IMG/VR virus record: IMGVR_UViG_3300017917_000400
Span: 1-64,000 of that record
Direction: 5' to 3' (one strand)
DNA from: a virus
DNA: 64,000 nucleotides
Made by a program: the position numbers and the translations under genes. Below are positions 19,101 to 28,600 of the stretch, one piece after another. The notes under the pieces are model-generated. The model worked only from the letters and a program-made list of their open reading frames with translations. It was not told the origin of the DNA and ran no database searches. Numbering within the stretch: the first letter of the stretch is position 1; each line of letters opens with the position of its first letter.

Positions 19101-22100
19101 GAACCAGATGCTGTTGACAATGTAACTGCTGTACCGGCAGCACCTGTGGTACTAATTGTAAATTGTGTTGCTGTTAATCCTGCAGTTCTTACATAGTATA
19201 ATGTATTAGCAGAAACACCACCAAACGTTGTGCCAGTGAAGTATATTGGCATGCCAGCATATAATGTGGCTGTGCTGGCTACAGTGATTACGTTAGTAGT
19301 TACTGTGGTATTTGTTGCGGCAAGTGTAGTAAAACTGTCTTTGTATACAGTTGCAATTTTACTACCAGTTTGATATGTTAAGATGTTAGCATATTGACCC
19401 ACGCCAGTACCGGCAGTAATTTGTATACGCATTCCTACGTATGCAGAACTTAATGCTTGATCTGTTGCGGCAATAGTAATATATCCAACATCGCCTGTCT
19501 GTGCGGCATTTGCGGCCGTTACATAACTTGTACCGCCTACACCGTCACCATTGTCTAGATCAATAATACGTGTTTCAAATACTGCGCCGTCGCGGAATTC
19601 GTCTCCAATTGCGGCAGCGTTATAACCTGAACCGTTAATTGTATGCTGTGTATTAGTATAATTTGTACCAGCATTTCCGTATTCAAATCTCAATACTTCA
19701 TTTACGCCGTCTGTAACAGTTTGTGTAATCTGTGCCTGAGCACCACGGTTGTTTAGTGTTGCATATAATGGTGTTTCTTGACTGTCAACACCTTCTGCAA
19801 TAACACCGTATACACCATATGAGCTGTTACCGTTAGTAGCACGGATACGTCCGCCTAGTTCTGCTAGGTAGCCTGCATATGAATAGTATGCGAATACAGA
19901 AACAAGTTCTGTCAGTGAATCGCTACCAGTACACCACACACCGATACCATCGCTAAGAACTGTGGTAAAGTCATTCTTAACCATAGACTTATTACCACCG
20001 GCGTGTAATGCTGAATCAATCTTAGCACCTACGCAACCGTAACCAAACATGGTTACGTTCTGTGAATAGTGTGAACGATTTGTTACCCAAACTTTACTGT
20101 CATTTGGTCCAAATCCTGGATTCAATGCTACATAAGCACCTGCTGTTGGACGTTTAGTTCCATAGTCGTTTTCATCAGATAGGTCGCCTTCTAGTCCTCT
20201 TAGAGTACAGTTGCGTAGACCGGTTGCATTACTTACATGGAACATGTCTGATTTTTCTGAACCTTCTACCGCGTTTTTGTACAATACCGCAGATCTCGCT
20301 GAACGATAATTCCCTGGCCAGTTTAAATCATAGATAATGGAATTGATAAATTCTTCCATATCACGCTTACATGCTGTTTCATCAAATGCGTATGTAACAG
20401 TCATAGTTCCTGAACCGTCTGCTATTGCTTTGGTAGAGCCGCCTAATTCATCACTTATAGTAAATGCAGTATCTGTTACTGATTCTACCCAGTATGTTGT
20501 ACCTGCGGTTATACCACCAAATACTGTGCCTGTAAAGATTACAGGATCGCCTGCTGATAAATTATGATTACTACTGGTTGTAAATACATCAGTACTTGCT
20601 GTAGATGTAGTTACTGTTCCGCCATATTGGTTGGCGATCCAAGCAGTTGATTCGCTTTGTAAGAAGTCACTGTTGACTCTTAGAATCTCGGCAGCGTTAA
20701 TAATACCAACATCATTCATGTATGACAGTGTACCGGTTACATCTGGTGTTTCACCAACGCCAAATTCAATAATGTTGATAATAATTTTCATTAATTTTTT
20801 AACAAATGCTTCTGCATCTGCGTTATTATCAATTACATCGGCTACTAAAGATTTCATGTATCTAAATGCTTGCAGAGTAGCACGTTTTTGTTCGCCTGAA
20901 ACAGCACTAGCCTGTGCTTGCCAGTAACTCATACCTGCTTTGATTGAGCGGAAGTTACTGTTTAACATTAAGTCATAGCGGATTGCGTCAATAATATAAC
21001 CTACATCTCGGCTGCAAGTTGCTGAGTCGTAGTCTAAATTTGGATAATTTGTATTAACGTAGTTGACAACGCTGGTTTGTATGCTTGCCTTGTTTGTTGA
21101 CAACAATGTGTTTTGTCCAATAAGATTTGAACTAACCCAACTTGTTCCTGGCAAGTTAGTTATTTCAACGGCAATACTTAGACCAGTACCGTTGGTAAAT
21201 GATGTTAATGCTGTTCCACCATATGTATCAGTTAGTGTAAATGTTGTTGTTAACGGAGTAGTCTTAACATAGTAAGTTGTTCCTGCAACTAGTCCATTAG
21301 ATGATGTCTGTGCAATTACTTCGTCGCCGATCGCTAATCCGTGTGCAGAGCCAGTAGTAAATGTTGTACCGGATGCGATTGTTGTAATTGTTACTCTTGG
21401 TACACCTGTGGTCAATCCGCTGTTAATGATGTTTGTAATAACATCTATTAATGCACCAACTCGGGTAGCACTGGCAGCGTCGCCTGCTGTACCCGATACA
21501 TAACTTACACCAACTTGTAAAGGTGTGTATGAACTTAATCCACCGTTAGCAATATCTTGCAAGGCAGTTTTTAAATTACCGTAAGCGGCAAGAGTTGCGG
21601 CTTTGTCTGCGGCATCAATTTGTAATACACTAGTTAATCTTGAATAATAAGCAATACCTGCTTGTTTACTTGCAAAGTGTCCTCCATAGGTTAAATCATA
21701 ACGCAGTGCATCAATGATGTAACCAACGTCTCTGGCACACGCACTTTGGCTATAGACTACTGAAGGATAGTTTGTAGTAATATACTGCAAGGTTTCTGCT
21801 TGTAAGAAAGCACTGTTTTCCCAAATTAATTCTGCGGCTGCAAAGTCTTGTGTGTCAACTCCAGTATAATCGGGCCATAAGAATCTTGGTACTGCGCCGC
21901 CTCGAATTGTTCCAATAGTGTCGTCAATGATTGATGCAATTTGATACACTGCTCCGCCGGTTGCTAGTCCTTTAATCTTATATTTCAAGAACTTAATTAA
22001 ACCTAAACTAGCATCTTTTTGGCTGGCTAGTACTACTGCTGTAGAACTTAAACCTCTATAATAACTCTTTCCTGCAATTCCGGAAGCAAAGTTACTGTTA

Positions 22101-25100
22101 AACATGGTATCGTAACCGATTGCGTCGATCATTAATCCAATATCTCGCGAGCAAAGAGTTTCATCAAAACTCAACGATTGGAAATATTTACGGACATACG
22201 CAAGACCATCGGATTGTATTTCTGTTTTTCTATCTTGTATCTCGTTAAATCCTGTAACAAGACTACTGCTCACCCAAGAAGTACATGGTGCTATGGCTGT
22301 TCCAGAAACGCCGTTGTTAATCCAATCAATAACATCCTGTACACGATCTTGTGCAAATGTTCCAGACACTAACGGGCCGCCTGTTCCGCTTAATGATTGC
22401 GGTGTGGTGTTACCGCTCTGAGGAGTAACGCTTGATCTTTGAGCAATCGTAGTAATGATTGATTTTAAATGTGCGTATGCGGCCAATGTAGCAGTTAACT
22501 CGCTGGTATCAATGGTTAAATTTAAACCGCTATAATAAGCACTGCCTGCAATTTCACTTTGTGTATTACCACCGTAGGTGATGTCGTATCTGATCGCATC
22601 TAAAATATATCCAACATCTCGCTGACATGCGGCTTGACCTGTTGCTCCCAATGCAGACCATACAGCAGGATAGGTGTTTTCAATATACTTGCTTACGTCT
22701 GCTTTAATAAATGCATAGTTGTTAGCAATTTGTGTTCTTGCGTTGTTATAACCGGTTGTATCACCTGTAGTGTTACCTGTTGTTGCATAGGCTGTATGTG
22801 TAAGACTAGTTCCCCAGTTAGTTGGATCAGTGATTAATTCGTTTGGTGCAGAATTAATTCCATTGTTTAAAATATCGTAAATTGTATTTGCGCTTCTTTC
22901 AACACGACTTACAGCAACAGAACTACCAACTGATCCTGCATTTAGTGAAGTAACCTGTGTTTCAGTATTACCAGACGTTGGCGTTACTGAAATATTTTGA
23001 ATTAGATTGCTAGTAACTGCTTTAATTCTTGTCAATGCTGAAATAGATTTTTCTGTATCGTTAGACAACAGTGTAATTGCTGGCTGTGGGCTAATTACTG
23101 TAGAACGAAGTTCGTCGCCTACAACCGCAGTATTTTTTGGTATTACAATTGGTAATACTTCAAAGTATGTTCCTGTTTTAACACTAACAGTTGTATTAGA
23201 ATAAACAGGAGTTGGAATCGCTGTGGCTGAACCGGCTTCAATACCGTCTGTGACTACAGTTAATAAGTCTGTTGCGGTGTCTGATGCACCGTCTTCGCCG
23301 ACTAACACAGGTGTTTGAATATAATCTGCTTGATCGCCTGCGGCAACACCATTAGCAACTTGATAATTTGAACTGTCTGCGGTGTTGTCGATAACCGCGG
23401 CTACTAGAGTTTTTAAATAATTATATGCGGCAATGGTCTGAGTAGTCTGTTGACCAAAGTTAGCATTAATATAATCTGATCCTGCTGGTGTGTAATATGC
23501 CTTAGCGGCTTTAGTTGCTTCTTCGTTTCCGCCGTGACCTAAGTCATATATAACTGCATCAACTAGATAACCAACATCGCGTTCGCACAATGTTTGATCA
23601 TAGGATAAAGTTCCTGTCATTGTAGCAGTTTGTGTAGTTAAAGTTCTTACTACACCAACTTCAGGAACATCACTAATTGAAAATTCAGTAGGACTATCTA
23701 TAAATTTAACATAATATGTTGTACCTGCGGTTACTCCGCCAACTGTGCCACTAAATTTAATTGGCATGTTTAGAGATAAATTACTAGTGTCGTCACAGGT
23801 AAAATTATTTGTTGCCGCAGAACTAGAAGTAATATTAACAGTATATGTATAAATTACCCAGTTGGTAATTTCTTTCATTATATATTGTTTGTTTCTAGTT
23901 AGGTTTGCAACAGCATTTCGATTTCTGTAACCCTTTTCAATTTGTTCACAGGCAAATCGAACACTAGCCCATGGTTTATCAATGGTCAGTCCCCAACCAG
24001 GTTCTATACTGTTTGTACCGCTCGGAGCAACATAAACAATGTTATTAACAACACCATAGTAGGCCCACTCTGGGTAACCATTTCTTACACGAAGAACCTG
24101 TCCGTCTGAGCCAAGTGGTAATCTTGTAGGACCATTCTCTCCGTAGTAATAAGTGTCTCCTGCGGTAGTTAGTACAGAAGATTCTGAACCTGCTGAAAAT
24201 AAATTCCAGTAAGTAGCAGATGTATCGTTGTCAGGTCTATTAAGTGTAGCCGCAGTATGTCCAGCCACGCAGATATATGTATTTGCGCCCCAGAATACTA
24301 AATCTCCTAGTACATACACTGTACCAGATGCCCACGATACGGAATTACCTGTGTGACTAACTGCTGTTATTGCGCCGCCACTTTGTCCTGTTACTGTGAT
24401 TAGAATATCGTTGGCTGGACTTACGCCGCCAACATCTGATCCTAAAACTTTTAATGTATTGCCGTTAGAGTAAAGTGTTCCACCTTGCCCAGATGTTACA
24501 GATATTGTATATCTAGTACCTGATCTTGTAACATCAAATTGTGCGCCCGACCCACTGCCTGTTAGTGTTGTACTTGATACAGCACTGTATGATGCTGTGG
24601 TATTAGTCCAACGCATTCCTTGATTTAGTCTAGCCCAATAGGTAAGATTTGGAGGAATATATCCTGTGTTATCTACAATGGCTACATAGGTGTAACCGCC
24701 AAGACGAACTACATCGCCAACTTTATAGGCTGTAGAAATTAACCAATCACCTTGGAAACTAAATCCTGTAGTATAAACTTGCCAGTATGCCGTAGCAGTT
24801 GATGGTGTTTGATTAGAATGATTTTGTAAAGCAACATAAGAGTAACCACCATAGGTTACTACATCGCCTATTTGATAAACTGAACTACTGCTCCAAGAGT
24901 CTTCAAATTCTAAACCTTCGACAAATGTTTCCCATTTAGTTATATCAAAAGATGCACTTGATGTATGTGCGTCTACGCAGATCCAGGTGCTTGCTCCGTA
25001 TTTTACAATGTCATTTATACGATAACGAACAGAACTGCCACTCCAAACACCTAAGTAAACGAATCCTTCGTTGAAAATATCCCACTTTGATTGATCTGCT

Positions 25101-25588
25101 TCTAGACCTGATGCGGTTGTTGATGCTGAAGTATGGTAAGCATTACATACGTAAGTGATACCGCCATATGAAACTACATCGTTGGCCCTGTATCTTGTAG
25201 ATGTTGCCCATGCTCCTGACCAATATAATGATTCTGCAAGTATATCCCATTTGCTTAAATCTGCTTCAAGGCCTAATGCAGTTGTGGCTGCTGATGTATG
25301 AGCATCGTTACAGACATATACGTTACCACCGTACTTAACTTGATCGCTGATATTGTAGTAAGTACTGGTTGCCCAATCTTCTCTCCATGAAAGGCCGCCG
25401 GCCACTAGTTCCCAGTAAGTAGGATTTGCTGTTAGATCTGTTTCAAATAGTGCAGACGATGTGTGATTTTTAACGCAGATATAACTACTTCCGCCGACTC
25501 TAACTACATCATCCACAACATAAGTAGTTGCTGTGGTCCATAGACCTTGCCATACCAGTCTAATTCTACCTAATTTAAATTCTGCCAT
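16124..25588 (-). CDS. Giant virion fibre/appendage protein (3154 aa)
   Basis: Seven N-terminal W..Y..DVV.YGG..Y.C...H (CBM5/12-like) repeats, a split beta-helix, six CxRD repeats, TTYYV repeats and YGNG.FVA propeller-like repeats; preceded by a GATAAATA late promoter. Confidence 0.75.
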   Translation of the reverse strand: MAEFKLGRIRLVWQGLWTTATTYVVDDVVRVGGSSYICVKNHTSSALFETDLTANPTYWELVAGGLSWREDWATSTYYNISDQVKYGGNVYVCNDAHTSAATTALGLEADLSKWDILAESLYWSGAWATSTRYRANDVVSYGGITYVCNAYHTSASTTASGLEADQSKWDIFNEGFVYLGVWSGSSVRYRINDIVKYGASTWICVDAHTSSASFDITKWETFVEGLEFEDSWSSSSVYQIGDVVTYGGYSYVALQNHSNQTPSTATAYWQVYTTGFSFQGDWLISTAYKVGDVVRLGGYTYVAIVDNTGYIPPNLTYWARLNQGMRWTNTTASYSAVSSTTLTGSGSGAQFDVTRSGTRYTISVTSGQGGTLYSNGNTLKVLGSDVGGVSPANDILITVTGQSGGAITAVSHTGNSVSWASGTVYVLGDLVFWGANTYICVAGHTAATLNRPDNDTSATYWNLFSAGSESSVLTTAGDTYYYGENGPTRLPLGSDGQVLRVRNGYPEWAYYGVVNNIVYVAPSGTNSIEPGWGLTIDKPWASVRFACEQIEKGYRNRNAVANLTRNKQYIMKEITNWVIYTYTVNITSSSAATNNFTCDDTSNLSLNMPIKFSGTVGGVTAGTTYYVKFIDSPTEFSISDVPEVGVVRTLTTQTATMTGTLSYDQTLCERDVGYLVDAVIYDLGHGGNEEATKAAKAYYTPAGSDYINANFGQQTTQTIAAYNYLKTLVAAVIDNTADSSNYQVANGVAAGDQADYIQTPVLVGEDGASDTATDLLTVVTDGIEAGSATAIPTPVYSNTTVSVKTGTYFEVLPIVIPKNTAVVGDELRSTVISPQPAITLLSNDTEKSISALTRIKAVTSNLIQNISVTPTSGNTETQVTSLNAGSVGSSVAVSRVERSANTIYDILNNGINSAPNELITDPTNWGTSLTHTAYATTGNTTGDTTGYNNARTQIANNYAFIKADVSKYIENTYPAVWSALGATGQAACQRDVGYILDAIRYDITYGGNTQSEIAGSAYYSGLNLTIDTSELTATLAAYAHLKSIITTIAQRSSVTPQSGNTTPQSLSGTGGPLVSGTFAQDRVQDVIDWINNGVSGTAIAPCTSWVSSSLVTGFNEIQDRKTEIQSDGLAYVRKYFQSLSFDETLCSRDIGLMIDAIGYDTMFNSNFASGIAGKSYYRGLSSTAVVLASQKDASLGLIKFLKYKIKGLATGGAVYQIASIIDDTIGTIRGGAVPRFLWPDYTGVDTQDFAAAELIWENSAFLQAETLQYITTNYPSVVYSQSACARDVGYIIDALRYDLTYGGHFASKQAGIAYYSRLTSVLQIDAADKAATLAAYGNLKTALQDIANGGLSSYTPLQVGVSYVSGTAGDAASATRVGALIDVITNIINSGLTTGVPRVTITTIASGTTFTTGSAHGLAIGDEVIAQTSSNGLVAGTTYYVKTTPLTTTFTLTDTYGGTALTSFTNGTGLSIAVEITNLPGTSWVSSNLIGQNTLLSTNKASIQTSVVNYVNTNYPNLDYDSATCSRDVGYIIDAIRYDLMLNSNFRSIKAGMSYWQAQASAVSGEQKRATLQAFRYMKSLVADVIDNNADAEAFVKKLMKIIINIIEFGVGETPDVTGTLSYMNDVGIINAAEILRVNSDFLQSESTAWIANQYGGTVTTSTASTDVFTTSSNHNLSAGDPVIFTGTVFGGITAGTTYWVESVTDTAFTISDELGGSTKAIADGSGTMTVTYAFDETACKRDMEEFINSIIYDLNWPGNYRSARSAVLYKNAVEGSEKSDMFHVSNATGLRNCTLRGLEGDLSDENDYGTKRPTAGAYVALNPGFGPNDSKVWVTNRSHYSQNVTMFGYGCVGAKIDSALHAGGNKSMVKNDFTTVLSDGIGVWCTGSDSLTELVSVFAYYSYAGYLAELGGRIRATNGNSSYGVYGVIAEGVDSQETPLYATLNNRGAQAQITQTVTDGVNEVLRFEYGNAGTNYTNTQHTINGSGYNAAAIGDEFRDGAVFETRIIDLDNGDGVGGTSYVTAANAAQTGDVGYITIAATDQALSSAYVGMRIQITAGTGVGQYANILTYQTGSKIATVYKDSFTTLAATNTTVTTNVITVASTATLYAGMPIYFTGTTFGGVSANTLYYVRTAGLTATQFTISTTGAAGTAVTLSTASGSMNILAAGWDHVVPGTAIDNILDLTTTYIIEPRINYSAPGYTATSRTLSATATWRDVTFGDGKYVAIANGGTSTSYSTNGTTWANAGALPTSATWIDVVYGGGEAAVATVVVGGFGGRGAVLTANLGVANTLGNPTADQVSTVTIVDGGAGYTTPPVIVFTPVSGGSGAVATCTVLNGAIATVTVTVPGSGYSVAPTVSVATDRVTDIIANDWGKNYFSDPTVTIDDPFTGTAWSSGGSVSLNDIIYYTNTTVTPNRKNWYRATTGGTLTTTGPTHTSGSAANGTATLLFIGTTAVVTPTRTNYGVSSYAINYSGQGYSSVPAITILDSGARYVAIASGSSNNAYTTRSGVTGASAWTAGTALPATDFAGIAYGGGVYVIVGGTASAASSATGSLWTSRTIPTLGSGTYSGVAYGNGTFVAISTGNVATAYSTNGTSWTAGGNLPTSSTWNSVAYGNGRFVAIATGTRNVAVSYDKGLSWVLSASQLPASATWTQIKYGQGLFFAVASGGTTAATSPDGITWTLRAMPSSSNWQALEFGTINSRPLWVAVSNTSGTIGASIRTGAQSLGRVKVASGTVIEVRMVDPGSGYPYGTVSATTTSTNLITVDDTTNLVDGQPVEFFGTSAGGLVEEQTYYVIGSTITSTQFKVSATQYSATAVTLSTATITGMTYRAGPIFTVTDPNKVKTAAFRVRLGDGALGNPSFSNRGADNATATSDTVGDGYSDLYQVSTFVNVSGLSEEPTAGANVEFANIPGEYYKLVAVTNYVEDGDNQGTYKATFQINPSLTTLNAPRHGDLITTRLKYSQVRLTGHDYLYIGTGNQTQTNYPNVDITTAIQANQELFTNGGRVFFTSTDQDGNFNVGNLFGVQQATGTATLNASAFNLSGLNSLQLGSIELGIDSAIITQFSTDPFFTADSDNVVPTQRAIRAYITAQIGGGQSALNVNTLTSGVIYIAGNSISTTTGEGISVTSRMNFTGGIDGAPVALGFFMQR

Positions 25589-25610
25589 TTAATGCTCCAT
25601 CCGTATATGT

Positions 25611-25618
25611 TATTTATC
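25611..25618 (-). promoter_or_regulatory. Late promoter GATAAATA
   Basis: tatttatc on the + strand, about 22 nt upstream of ATG 25588; GGAG Shine-Dalgarno follows. Confidence 0.6.
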
Positions 25619-25635
25619 TTAGTTTATATTTCCGA

Positions 25636-28600
25636 TTAAATGCTGGTTCGACTACCTGGAATTCTTCCAGATTTTACAAACTGCAAGTAAGCGGCACCGT
25701 CTCCATCCCATCCACCAAATTGTCCCTGTACTCTAACTATATTTGGCATGTTTACTACTGCACCTTCTTGTCCTTCGGGTATAGTACTGCTTATTTTATT
25801 AGCGCCACCAACTAATACTGTACCAGCAATTAATTGACCTGTAAATGTATTAGATCCGCCCTGACTTAATCTGTTAGACAAGTAGGCTTTAATTGCTCTC
25901 TGTGTTGGCACTATTTCGTTACTGTTAGCAACAAACGATTGATCTGTACTAAATGATCTAATAACAACACTGGCTGTACCAACTGCAATACCGCCTAATG
26001 ACAATGTTTCTAATCCGCTTAGTCCAAACTGGCTTGCGCTTAGGGTAACAATACCTGTTGCCTGTTCAACTGCAAATAATCCACCAACACGGAAGTTACC
26101 GTCTTGGTCTGTTGAGGTGTAAAATACTCGACCAAAGTTTACTTCGACTGCCTGATCCTGAGGACTTAATACAGTGTCCTCTGGTACGTCTGGATAATTT
26201 GTCTGTTCAATATTACCGTAACCAATACTTAAGAAATCGTGTCCGGTTAATCTTGCTTGACTATATTTTTGACGAATAATAAGATCGGTCTCGTGATCAG
26301 GACTCAATGCTGTGGTCATTTCAGGAGATATTGTAATATTTGCTTGAATGTTTGGTGCTACACTTCCAAATATTGCTTCAGCACTGGTTACCTTATAGAT
26401 AGTATCATTACCGTCTATAACTAAATTGTCGCCAGGTCCGGGTAAACTTGATAGATTTTTCACAGTTATTGATAACCCAACTTGGAAAATATCTGCATAA
26501 CCACCGCCACTGATAATCACTACTGTAGAGTTTGTGTTATAATCTTGGCCGCGATTTACAAAACTTGGATTAGCCAATGTTCCATTACTAATTCTATTAA
26601 GAGTTGTAGCCTCTAATGTGTTGTTAGGATCAAAGAACGAAGTTGTAGGTGCTGAGCTGTACCCAGATCCTGGTTCCCATAAACTAATTGAGCTGATTCT
26701 ACCTGAAGATATAACTGCTCGTCCCTTAGTTGTACAACCTGCTGATATAACACTACCCACTGCTTGTCCCGATGCTGTAAGAAATTTACCAACACCGTCG
26801 CTATCATAACCAAATTCAACAGCAGAATATCCATAGTTACCAACTGAAATCGGTTTCCATTGATGTCCATCTTCTGTTGTCCATGCTGTTCCGGAAGTTG
26901 CATCTAAAGCAATAAACACGCCCTGACCATAACTTATTTTTGCGGCTGGTCCTATGTTAATCTTTGCCTGATACCAATTAATTCCATCTCGACTATATGC
27001 GTTCTTTGCAGATTCGTTAGCCACTGCAACAAATAATCCATTACCAAATGCTACATCGCTCCAGTCCTGTGAACTTGGCAATGATGATGATGACCAATTA
27101 ATCCCGTCAGTACTATATGCTACTGTTACTGCATTAGCAGTTCCTGTGGCTGTAACTGTTTCGATCGCGCCAGGGGTTATTGAACTTATTTGCGAGATTG
27201 TCAATGTCACATCATTGGCCGGTGTTGCGCCGCCTAGGCTTGTTCCTAATATTTTTAATGTCTGTCCTGCTGAATAACCAGTTCCGCCTGCGGCTACTGT
27301 AGCAGTATAGGTAGTTCCTGTTATTGTAACATTAAATGTTGCACTGGAACCAGTTGCCGTAATGTTAGTTGCTCCTAATGCGCTAAATGTTTTTCCATTA
27401 GAAATTGCTACAAATCTTCCAGACCCATAGGCAAGTCCAGTCCATCTATATGTAGGAAGACCTGTACCACTGCTCCATGTTTTTCCAAAATTAGAAGAAT
27501 ATGCAGATGCAGTAGATGATACTGTTACAAATTTACCGTTACCGTATGCTACTTTTGTCCAGTCTGTCTTAGAAGGAAGTTGCCCTGTTCTCCAACCTGC
27601 ACCGTTAGAATTGCTATATGCAAATGTTGACCCTGTTCCTATTGGTGTGTCGTTGGCTACAACTACCCAGTAATTATTTCCGTAGGCTATATCAGTCCAA
27701 GATGTATTAAGCGGAAGTGTTAATGCTGACCATGTTGTTCCATTATTAGTACTTCTTGCTCCAGTGCTAAATGAATCTGGAATTGCAATATATGTATTGT
27801 TTCCATAGGCGATTGCTTGCCATTCACTGCTAACACCTAGTGTAGGTAATGTTGAACTAGCCTCTGTTACAGAGGGTGATGTGTACTGTACTCTTGGTTC
27901 AACATAATAAACTGTTGAATTATCTAAAGGATTTGCTGGCTGAGTTCCTGGATTGATATGATCCCAGCCTACTGCTCCGACTTGCATGCCTCCCGAGTCT
28001 GTGGTTAAACTTGTTGTTGCGCCACCTAAACTAGCACTAACGGTAAATGTAGTACTTGAAGGAATGCTCTTAACATAATAAGTCGTTCCTGAACTAATTC
28101 CGCCAAATAATTTAGTTTTATATGTGGCTACCATACTACCTTGACCAAATGTTAATGTAGATTTAACATTAGTAGATGTTATCGACATTGAACCCGATGC
28201 TGTTGTTAATGTTACCGGTGTGCTTGTAGTTCTTGCTTTGATTTCGCCCGACGCTGTTGATAGTGTAAGTGCAGATCCTCCAGGACTTGTACTAACAGTA
28301 AATGTTGTTTCGTCGTTAATTGCTAGTATGTAATATGTTGTTCCGTTAACTAATCCACCAAATGTGTTGCCTACAAACTGAACGGGATTGTTCACGATAA
28401 ATCCTGTAGTACTGCTGACGGTAATTAAGTTTGAAACTGCTTCGGTTATGGTCGCTGTTACTTCAATTATCGAAGTAGTTACAGTGAATTGACTAGAATT
28501 AATAATCTTATTAATGTAATATTTTGTATTAGCAGACAATCCACCTATAGTTGTTCCTCCAAATAATACTGGATTTAAAGGAACCAAGTTAGTTGTAGAT

